A program made the translations under genes and the position numbers. This document shows, piece by piece, positions 1-8,418 of a stretch of DNA of 20,557 bases. The DNA is from Gemmatimonadota bacterium (lineage in GTDB: Bacteria; Gemmatimonadota; Gemmatimonadetes; Longimicrobiales; RSA9). Under the pieces are notes generated by a model. It was given only the letters and a program-made list of their open reading frames with translations, did not search any database and was not told the origin of the DNA. The stretch lies in the NCBI GenBank assembly GCA_040905425.1, contig JBBDRO010000020.1, forward strand, positions 1 to 20,557, written 5' to 3'. The stretch's first letter is position 1, and each line of letters begins with the position of its first letter.

Positions 1-14
1 GCAGGGCTCAACGC

Positions 15-1046
15 ATGGGTGAGCGATTGGGGGTGGCGAGCGGCGGCATGGTGGGGTTTGCCCGGCGCTGGTGGGGGGGCGAGCTGGGCGCGGCGGGGGG
101 GGCACTCAGCCTGCTGGCCGTGCCCGCCGAACTCCTCTGGCGCACGAGCAGCGCGCTGCACCGGCGCGCGGCCACCCGCCGCCGGGTGGCGCCGCCCGTG
201 CCCGCCGTGAGTGTGGGCAACCTGGCCGTGGGCGGAGCGGGGAAGACCCCCGTGGCCGCCTGGCTGGCCGCCGAGCTGCGCGGCCGCGGCGCCCGGCCGG
301 CGCTCCTGCACGGGGGGTACGCGGCGGACGAGCCGGCGCTGCACCGGCGCCTGAACCCCGAGGTGCCGGTCTACACCGGGCGGGACCGTCTGACCAGTGC
401 CCGCCAGGCGGCCGCGGCGGGCGCCGACATACTGGTGCTGGATGACGCCTTCCAGCACCACGCGCTGGGCCGCGATCTGGACCTGGTGCTGGTGGCGGCC
501 GAGCACTGGACAGCGCACCCGCGCCTGCTTCCCCGGGGGCCGTGGCGGGAGGGCCCCGGCGCGCTCCGGCGGGCTGACCTGGTCGTGGTGACCCGGCGCA
601 CCTCCTCCGCGCAGGATGCGGAGTGGGTGGCGCGGGAAGTGAGGCGTGTGGCTGGCGGCGTGGACGCGGCTTGCCTCCATCTGCGACCGGCGGGCTGGGA
701 GTGTGCGGGCAGCCCGGTCAGCGCCCCGCCGGAGCCCGCCCTGGCAGTGACGGCGGTGGCGGACCCCGCGGCGTTCGCCGCCAACGCGCGCCAGGCGGGC
801 GCGGAGGTGCATGCGGTGTTGGCCTTTCCCGACCATCATGACTATGACGCCGCGGACGCCGCGCGCATACGTGGCGCTGCGGGGCCAGGAGGCGTGATCG
901 TGACCACCGGCAAGGACGCGGTGAAGCTGGAGAAGCTCGTGGATCCGGAGCGCCTGTGGGTGCTCCGCCAGGAGGTGGTGCTCGAGCACGGCGCGGCACT
1001 CCTGACGGCCGCGCTGGACCGGCTGCTCGCGGGACGGCGTACATGA
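15..1046 (+). CDS. lpxK: Tetraacyldisaccharide 4'-kinase (lipid A 4'-kinase)
   Basis: P-loop VSVGNLAVGGAGKTP, Walker B LDDAFQH, LLPRGPWRE, FPDHHDY and TTGKDAVK. Alternative in-frame ATG at 48. Confidence 0.93.
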   Translation: MGERLGVASGGMVGFARRWWGGELGAAGGALSLLAVPAELLWRTSSALHRRAATRRRVAPPVPAVSVGNLAVGGAGKTPVAAWLAAELRGRGARPALLHGGYAADEPALHRRLNPEVPVYTGRDRLTSARQAAAAGADILVLDDAFQHHALGRDLDLVLVAAEHWTAHPRLLPRGPWREGPGALRRADLVVVTRRTSSAQDAEWVAREVRRVAGGVDAACLHLRPAGWECAGSPVSAPPEPALAVTAVADPAAFAANARQAGAEVHAVLAFPDHHDYDAADAARIRGAAGPGGVIVTTGKDAVKLEKLVDPERLWVLRQEVVLEHGAALLTAALDRLLAGRRT

Positions 1047-2668
1047 GCGTACGCACGCTGGAGACGGACGTGCTGATCCTGGGCAGCGGCATCGCCGGGC
1101 TGAGCTACGCCCTCAAGGCGGCCGCGCACGGCCGCGTGCTGGTGCTCACCAAGAAGGACCGGGCCGAGTCCAACACCAACTTCGCGCAGGGCGGCATCGC
1201 CGCCGTCATGGGGCCGGACGACTCCGTGGCGCTGCACGTGCGGGACACCCTCGTGGCGGGCGCCGGCCTCTGCCACACCAACGCCGTACGCGCCCTGGCG
1301 CGCGAGGGGCCCGCCCGGGTCAGGGATCTCATCGAGTGGGGCGTGCACTTCACGGAGCAGGAGGATGCGCTGGCGCTCGGCCGCGAGGGCGGGCACTCCC
1401 GCCGGCGCATCGTGCACGCGCATGATCTCACCGGCCGCGAGATCGAGCGCGCCCTGCTGGCCACGCTGGCCGAGAACCCCGCGGTGGAACTGCTGGAGGA
1501 CCAGCACGTTGCGGAGCTGCTCGTGGGCGTGGATCCGGGCACCGGCGGGCCACGCTGCGTGGGCGCCCTGGCCTTCGACCATCGCACGGGGGTGCCGCTG
1601 GAGGTGCGCGCGGCCGTGGTCCTGCTCGCCACCGGCGGGTGGGGCCAGGCGTTCCGGCACACCACCAATCCGGCCATTGCCACCGGCGATGGCGTGGCCA
1701 TGGCCTACCGCGCCGGCGCCATCCTGGCCAATCTGGAGTTCGTGCAGTTCCACCCCACCGCGCTCTATCCCGCGGGGGAGCGTGCCTTCCTGGTGTCCGA
1801 GGCGGTGCGCGGGGAGGGGGCCATCCTGCGCCGCATGGACGGCACCGATCTCATGGCCGGCGTGCACAACCAGGGCTCGCTGGCGCCCCGCGACGTGGTG
1901 GCGCGCGCGATCGACGCGTACCTGAAGAGCAGCGGGGCGGAGCACGCGCTCCTGGACGTGACGAGCATGGCGCCCGCGGACTTTCGCGCGCGCTTCCCGG
2001 GGCTGGTGGCGGGGTGCGCGGAGCGCGGTGTGGACGTGCAGTCCGGTATGCTGCCCGTGGTGCCCGCCGCCCATTACGTGTGCGGTGGCGTGCACACGGA
2101 CGCCGCCGGTCGCACCTCGCTGGCCGGACTCTATGCGTCCGGCGAGGTGGCGTGTACTGGCGTGCACGGTGCAAATCGCCTAGCATCCAACTCGCTGCTG
2201 GAGGCGGTGGTCTACAGCCACCGCGCGGCAGCGGCCGTGCCGATGGAGCTGGCACGCGTGCGGGCCTCGGTCGAAACACCGGAAGCCCACTGGCCTTCCC
2301 CCTCCGGCGAGGCGGTGGCCGATGCCACGGAGCGGGAGCGCTGGCAAGCGCTGCGCGACGAACTGCGAAGTGTCCTCTGGGAGGACGCGGGGATCGTGCG
2401 AAACGAAGCAAGGCTGGAGCGCGCTGCGGCACGGGTGGACGCGCTGGCGGCCGCCACCGAGACCGCGTACGCGCGGCACCGCATGGACGTGGATCTGGTT
2501 GAATTGCGAAACCTCTGCACCGTAGCCGCTCTGCTCGTCCGATCGGCGCGCGCCCGCCGGGAGAGCCGCGGCCTCCACCACCACACCGATCATCCCTTCA
2601 AGGACAACGAACGACACCTCCGGGATTCGCTGATCGCGACCCGGGGGATCGGGGAGAATCAAAACTAA
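1043..2668 (+). CDS. nadB: L-aspartate oxidase
   Basis: GSGIAG FAD motif, SNTNFAQGGIA, REGGHSRRRIVH, EFVQFHPT, SEAVRGEGA, LAPRDVVARAI, GVHGANRLASNSLLE and ESRGLH. Start reassigned to ATG 1043, an ATGA overlap with the lpxK stop (541 aa). Confidence 0.95.
   Translation: MSVRTLETDVLILGSGIAGLSYALKAAAHGRVLVLTKKDRAESNTNFAQGGIAAVMGPDDSVALHVRDTLVAGAGLCHTNAVRALAREGPARVRDLIEWGVHFTEQEDALALGREGGHSRRRIVHAHDLTGREIERALLATLAENPAVELLEDQHVAELLVGVDPGTGGPRCVGALAFDHRTGVPLEVRAAVVLLATGGWGQAFRHTTNPAIATGDGVAMAYRAGAILANLEFVQFHPTALYPAGERAFLVSEAVRGEGAILRRMDGTDLMAGVHNQGSLAPRDVVARAIDAYLKSSGAEHALLDVTSMAPADFRARFPGLVAGCAERGVDVQSGMLPVVPAAHYVCGGVHTDAAGRTSLAGLYASGEVACTGVHGANRLASNSLLEAVVYSHRAAAAVPMELARVRASVETPEAHWPSPSGEAVADATERERWQALRDELRSVLWEDAGIVRNEARLERAAARVDALAAATETAYARHRMDVDLVELRNLCTVAALLVRSARARRESRGLHHHTDHPFKDNERHLRDSLIATRGIGENQN
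2157..2173 (+). promoter_or_regulatory. Candidate sigma54 -24/-12 promoter inside nadB
   Basis: CTGGCGTGCACGGTGCA has GG at 2159-2160, a 10-nt gap and GC at 2171-2172. It sits in a run of A/T-ending codons that are rare in this window. Confidence 0.25.
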
Positions 2669-2671
2669 ATC

Positions 2672-3961
<1,290 letters not shown>

Positions 3962-4031
3962 GCGGGAGGGGCGCGGTGCCGGACGCCTGCTGTAGCCGCT
4001 CGCCACGAATCGCCGGGACGCCGCGCGACGG

Positions 4032-4508
4032 GTGAAGATCCAGGTGATCTCCGTCGGGCGGCCGGCCGCGCTCCTGCGGGACGCCATCGCCGCGTACGAG
4101 GCGCGCGCCGCCCGCTACTGGCCGCTCGAGGTGGCGCACGTGAAGGCCGAGCCCGCGCGGGGCGGCGTGCCCATCGAGCGGGTGCTCCAGGCGGAGGGGG
4201 AGCGGCTGCTGGGTCGCGTGGCGGAGGGGGCCGAGGTGGTGGTGCTCACCCGCGGCGGGCGCTCCTGGGATTCCCCGCGCCTGGCCGCCCATCTGCGCGA
4301 GCTCTCGGTGCGCTCCCACCCCGGTGCCGCCTTCCTGATCGGCGGCGCAGCCGGCCTGGACCAGGCGGTCCTGGCGCGCGCCGACCGCCAGCTACGCATC
4401 TCCAGCTTCACCCTGGCGCACGACGTGGCCCGCCTGGTGCTGGCCGAGCAACTCTACCGGGCGGGCACGATCGCGCGCGGCGAGCCCTACCACCGCGGGC
4501 CCGCGTGA
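4032..4508 (+). CDS. rlmH: 23S rRNA pseudouridine-1915 N3-methyltransferase (SPOUT family)
   Basis: 158 aa. FLIGGAAG and C-terminal SSFTLAHDVARLVLAEQLYRAGTIARGEPYH signature. GTG start. Confidence 0.95.
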   Translation: MKIQVISVGRPAALLRDAIAAYEARAARYWPLEVAHVKAEPARGGVPIERVLQAEGERLLGRVAEGAEVVVLTRGGRSWDSPRLAAHLRELSVRSHPGAAFLIGGAAGLDQAVLARADRQLRISSFTLAHDVARLVLAEQLYRAGTIARGEPYHRGPA

Positions 4509-6196
4509 CCGGCTCCGCGGCGTCATCCGGCATGCCCCCGGAACAAGCGACAGAGCCCGAGGGCACGTTCCGCTTGGCGCCGCGCGTCCCCAACCCTGCA
4601 TCGCTCGTGGCGCGGCTCCAGGGGGCGGATCCCGCGCTGGCCCCCTTCTACGCCGGCCATCCCGGGGACCCGGCGGCCTATGCCCGCAAGGCGGCCGAGG
4701 TGGCGGAGCGCCTGCCGGCGGCCGCACGCCGCGCCGCCGGCGCGGCCATACGCGCCACCACGCCGGCCGCGGCGGCGCGGCTGGAGCGCATCCTGGCCGG
4801 CCAGGGATACTTCGTCACCACGGGCCAGCAGGCGGGTCTCTTCGGCGGGCCGCTCCTGGTGGCCCACAAGATTCTCACTGCGGTGCGCCTGGCCGCGGCG
4901 CTGGAGGAACAACTGGGCCAGCCGGTGGCGCCGCTCTTCTGGGTGGCCTCCGAGGACCACGACTTCCGCGAGATCGCCAGCTTCCGGCTCCTGGACCGCA
5001 CGGAGCGCGTGCGCACCATCCGGCTCCCCGATACGCCCGAGGCGCCGCCCGTGGCCATGGCGCGCCGCCGCCTGGGTGAGGACGTGAACGCGGCCGTCGA
5101 AGCGCTGGCGGCGCACCTGCCGGACACCCCGTGGAGCGGGGAGCTCATGGACGTGGTGCGGGCCGGCTACCGGCCCGACGCCACCGTGGCGGAGGCCTTC
5201 ACGGAGCTCGTGGCGCACGTCTTCGCGCCCTTCGACCTGTGCGTCGTGGAGGCGCACCACCCGGCGCTGAAGGCGGCCAGCGTCCCCCTGCTCGGCGCCG
5301 CGCTGACGGAGGCCGTCCGGGACGCGGCGGCCGTGGGCGGCCAGAGCGCGCGCCTGGCGGCGGCCGGCTTCCGCGAGCAGGTGGCCGTGGACGCCGACGC
5401 CGCGAACCTGCTCTTCGAGGACGAACACGGCCGCGAGCGTCTCGTGCGGGAGGGGCGGGGCTGGGCGCTGCGCCGCACGAACCGGGTGCTGGAGGCGGCT
5501 GAGGCCGTGGCGCGGCTCGAGGCGGAGCCGTGGCGCTTCTCACCCAACGTGCACCTGCGCCCGGTGGTGGAGAGCGCCCTCCTGCCCACCGTGTGCTACG
5601 TGGGCGGGCCGGCGGAGGTAAGCTACTTCGCGCAGATCGGCTGCCTCTTCCACGCTCACGGGGTGGCGCCGCCGGTGGTCCACCCGCGCGCCTCCCTGGA
5701 CGTGATCGCGTGGCCGGCGCACAAGGTGCTGCGCGACTACGGGCTCACGGCCGCGGATTTTGCCGCGCCCTTCGAGCGCGTGGCCAAGCAGGTGGCGCGG
5801 CGGGACATGCCGGAAGACGTCCGCCGGGCGGAGGCCGCGCTGGAGGCGGTGCTGCGCGAGAGCTACGCCGCACTGCATGACGCCGCCGTGGCCATCGACC
5901 CCAACCTGGAGGGGCCGGTGCGGCACGGCCTGAACGTCTCCCTGCGCGCGCTGGAGCGGGTGCGCGGTAAGCTGGCCACCCACCTGAAGCGCGCGGACGA
6001 GGTGAAGCTGGCGCGGCTCGGCAGGGCCGCGGCCCACCTCTGGCCCGAGGGCGCGGCGCAGGAGCGCACGCTGGGCTTCCTCCCCTACGTGGCGCGCTAC
6101 GGACCCGCCTTCCTGGAAGGGGTCGCGGCCGCCATCCACACACCGCTGAATGCCCCGGCGCCCGCGTGGCGGGGGGTGGACTGCCAGGACGGGTGA
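4505..6196 (+). CDS. bshC: Bacillithiol biosynthesis cysteine-adding enzyme
   Basis: TTGQQAGLFGGP, FWVASEDHDFREI, FSPNVHLRP, YVGGPAEVSYFAQ, a coiled-coil segment and QER near the C-terminus. GTGA overlap with rlmH; alternative ATG at 4532. Confidence 0.92.
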   Translation: MTGSAASSGMPPEQATEPEGTFRLAPRVPNPASLVARLQGADPALAPFYAGHPGDPAAYARKAAEVAERLPAAARRAAGAAIRATTPAAAARLERILAGQGYFVTTGQQAGLFGGPLLVAHKILTAVRLAAALEEQLGQPVAPLFWVASEDHDFREIASFRLLDRTERVRTIRLPDTPEAPPVAMARRRLGEDVNAAVEALAAHLPDTPWSGELMDVVRAGYRPDATVAEAFTELVAHVFAPFDLCVVEAHHPALKAASVPLLGAALTEAVRDAAAVGGQSARLAAAGFREQVAVDADAANLLFEDEHGRERLVREGRGWALRRTNRVLEAAEAVARLEAEPWRFSPNVHLRPVVESALLPTVCYVGGPAEVSYFAQIGCLFHAHGVAPPVVHPRASLDVIAWPAHKVLRDYGLTAADFAAPFERVAKQVARRDMPEDVRRAEAALEAVLRESYAALHDAAVAIDPNLEGPVRHGLNVSLRALERVRGKLATHLKRADEVKLARLGRAAAHLWPEGAAQERTLGFLPYVARYGPAFLEGVAAAIHTPLNAPAPAWRGVDCQDG

Positions 6197-6207
6197 CGCG
6201 GGTTGCC

Positions 6208-6237
6208 TTGCCCCTCTTCCGAACGCGCCACTACCTT
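6208..6237 (+). promoter_or_regulatory. Candidate sigma70-type promoter giving a leaderless transcript
   Basis: TTGCCC (6208-6213), 18-bp spacer, TACCTT (6232-6237). The ATG at 6245 follows the -10 box after 7 nt, and there is no Shine-Dalgarno. Confidence 0.55.
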
Positions 6238-6244
6238 CCGGCCC

Positions 6245-6532
6245 ATGCTCCTGCTTCTCTTCATGATGGTGCTCCTCGTGGCACTCCTGATCCCGCTCAC
6301 GGCGGTGGTGCTCGACTCCCAGGTGGGACGGGCCATCGCCGCCCGGCTGGAGGGCCGCCGCGGCGGTATGGGTGACGGGCTGGAGCGCCGCATGGCCGTG
6401 CTGGAGGGTGAGGTGGACCGCATGGCGCGCGAACTCCAGCGGCTGGAGGAGGAGAACGCCTTCGTGCGCCAGCTATTGGAGGAGAAGCCGCCGGCCGACC
6501 GGGCGCTCCCACCCGGACGGTCCGACGGGTGA
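6245..6532 (+). CDS. Hypothetical small single-pass membrane protein with C-terminal coiled coil
   Basis: Hydrophobic N-terminus MLLLLFMMVLLVALLIPLTAVVL, then heptad-like LERRMAVLEGEVDRMARELQRLEEENAFVRQLL. Start at ATG 6245 preferred over TTG 6203 (95 aa). The stop overlaps the murJ GTG. Confidence 0.8.
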   Translation: MLLLLFMMVLLVALLIPLTAVVLDSQVGRAIAARLEGRRGGMGDGLERRMAVLEGEVDRMARELQRLEEENAFVRQLLEEKPPADRALPPGRSDG

Positions 6533-8253
6533 GTCCAGACCCCGGCGGCGAATCCGCGGCGCAGGGTCCTGAGGGGTCGGAGGCAGCCACAGCCGCCATC
6601 CCCGCCGACGAGGGTCGCTCGGCCCGCCTGGTAGCCACGGGCATCTTCCTCAGCCGCATTGCCGGCTTCCTGCGCGAGCGGGTCTTCAGCTATTTCTTCG
6701 GCACCTCCCTCTACGCCAGCGCCTGGCGGGCCGCGCTGCGCATGCCGAACGCGCTGCAGAACCTGCTGGGTGAGGGGACGCTCAGCGCCTCCTTCATCCC
6801 CGTCTACTCCGCGCTGCTGGAGGAGGGCCGCACCCGCGACGCGGGGCGGGTGGCCGGCGCCGTGTTCGGCATCCTGGCCGCGCTCTCCACCGCCCTGGTG
6901 GTGCTCGGCGTGCTGCTGGCCCCGTTCATCGTGTCCGTCTTCTCACCCGGCTTCGAGGGCGAGCAGCGCGAGGTCACGATCACGCTGGTGCGCATCATCT
7001 TCCCCATGACCGGCACCCTGGTGCTGTCGGCGTGGGCGCTGGGCATCCTGAACAGCCATCGGCACTTCTTCGTGCCCTACGTGGCCCCGGTGCTGTGGAA
7101 CCTGGCCATGATCGCGGCGCTGCTGGGCTTCGGCTTCACCATGGACGGAGGGCAGCGGCAGCTGGTCGTGATCCTGGGCTGGGCCGCGCTGGTCGGTGGC
7201 GTCCTGCAGCTGGCCATTCAGCTCCCGTGGGTCCTCCGGCTGGAGCGTGAGCTGGGCCTCAGGCCGGGCGCGGCCGTGGTTCACGTGCGCACCATCCTGC
7301 GCAACGCGGGTCCGGCCATCATGGGCCGCGGCGTGGTGCAGCTGAGTGGCTACGTGGACCTCATCCTGGCCTCCTTCCTCTTCGCGGGGGCCGTGGCGGT
7401 CCTGGGCTACGCGCAGACGTTCTACATGCTGCCCGTGAGCCTCTTCGGCATGGCCATCGCCGCCGCGGAGTTGCCCGAGCTCTCCCGCGCCGGGGCGGCC
7501 CGCGCGCCCGAACTGCGCGGCCGCGTGGAGCGCGCGCTGCGCCGCATGGCCTTCTGGGTGGTGCCCTCCGCGGCCGCCTTCGTCATCCTGGGGGACGTCA
7601 TCGTGGCCGCGCTCTACCAGACGGGCGCCTTCACGCCCGCCGACACGCTGCTGGTCTGGCTGGTGCTGGCGGCCTACACGATCGGCCTGCTGGCCTCCAC
7701 CGCCACGCGCCTCTACATCAACATCCTCTACGCCTTCCACGACACCCGCACGCCGGCGCTGGTGGCGCTGCTGCGCGTGACCATGGCTGCGGCGCTCGGC
7801 TTCACGCTCATGGTCTACCTGGAGGACTGGGCCATCCAGGCCGGTACATTCGCCATCGTGCCCTACGACGGGCTCGAGGGTCTGACCGCCGGGTCCCCGC
7901 TGCGGCCGCTCGGCGCCGTGGGGCTGGCGTCGGGGGCCGGGCTGGCCGCCTGGTACGAATGGCGCGTGCTGCGCGACGTGGTGCGCGAGCGCCTGGGACC
8001 GTTCGGCGTGGGCAACCACATCTTCCGCCGGCTGGCCGTGGCCGCGCTGGCGGGCGGCGCGGCGGGGCGCGCCGCCGCCTGGTTCCTGCCCCCGCTGGAT
8101 TCCGTGCCGGCCGATCTGGGCCCGGCCGTGCGCGCCGTGGTGATCCTGGGCCTCTTCGGCGCCGTCTACTTCGGCCTGGCCAGCCGGCTGGGCAGCGCCG
8201 AGGCGGACGCGGCGCTGGCCCGCTTCACCGGGCGCTTCCAGCGCCGCGGCTGA
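6529..8253 (+). CDS. murJ: Lipid II flippase MurJ (MviN)
   Basis: SRIAGFLRER, RMPNALQNLLGEGTLSASFIP, GILNSHRHFF and many hydrophobic TM segments typical of the MOP superfamily. Confidence 0.94.
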   Translation: MSPDPGGESAAQGPEGSEAATAAIPADEGRSARLVATGIFLSRIAGFLRERVFSYFFGTSLYASAWRAALRMPNALQNLLGEGTLSASFIPVYSALLEEGRTRDAGRVAGAVFGILAALSTALVVLGVLLAPFIVSVFSPGFEGEQREVTITLVRIIFPMTGTLVLSAWALGILNSHRHFFVPYVAPVLWNLAMIAALLGFGFTMDGGQRQLVVILGWAALVGGVLQLAIQLPWVLRLERELGLRPGAAVVHVRTILRNAGPAIMGRGVVQLSGYVDLILASFLFAGAVAVLGYAQTFYMLPVSLFGMAIAAAELPELSRAGAARAPELRGRVERALRRMAFWVVPSAAAFVILGDVIVAALYQTGAFTPADTLLVWLVLAAYTIGLLASTATRLYINILYAFHDTRTPALVALLRVTMAAALGFTLMVYLEDWAIQAGTFAIVPYDGLEGLTAGSPLRPLGAVGLASGAGLAAWYEWRVLRDVVRERLGPFGVGNHIFRRLAVAALAGGAAGRAAAWFLPPLDSVPADLGPAVRAVVILGLFGAVYFGLASRLGSAEADAALARFTGRFQRRG

Positions 8254-8366
8254 GGCACGCCGGGCCGCGCCCGCAGCGCGGACCCGGGAGCATGCCGGCC
8301 GCGCACGCGGCGCGCGCCCGGGAGCGTGCCGGGCGTCGTCGCTTGAAAGGGCCCCCGGGGGACCCT
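8254..8366. repeat. Structured murJ-uvrC intergenic region (hairpin, 16-bp direct repeat, palindrome)
   Basis: Bulged hairpin at 8254-8296. CCCGGGAGCATGCCGG (8283-8298) and CCCGGGAGCGTGCCGG (8317-8332) match at 15/16. Near-palindrome AGGGCCCCCGGGGGACCCT at 8348-8366. Confidence 0.5.
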
Positions 8367-8418
8367 GCGGGGTAAGAGAGTCCGAACCGTCCACGATCCC
8401 GTAGCGCAGCACCGAGCC

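Noticed and set aside
956..1042. N-terminal extension of nadB in the ORF track
   Set aside because: It lies inside lpxK and is low complexity. ATG 1043 gives an ATGA overlap and puts the FAD motif at the N-terminus.
2250..2356. Other sigma54-like TGGCAC/TGGCAA hits at 2250 and 2342
   Set aside because: The first lacks GC at -12. The second has GC but no TGC context. Both are expected by chance at this GC content.
1043..2668. Alternative call as SdhA/FrdA flavoprotein
   Set aside because: It has AQGGIA without the covalent-FAD His motif, has the NadB-type EGGHS, and there are no Fe-S or membrane-anchor subunit genes alongside.
8383..8396. CGAAC half-site upstream of uvrC as an SOS box
   Set aside because: There is no matching GTTC half-site, and the LexA motif for this lineage is unknown to me.
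8254..8418. Known ncRNA (SRP RNA, tRNA or riboswitch) in the murJ-uvrC spacer
   Set aside because: I recognised no SRP core, tRNA T-loop or riboswitch consensus on either strand. An Rfam scan would be needed to exclude one formally.
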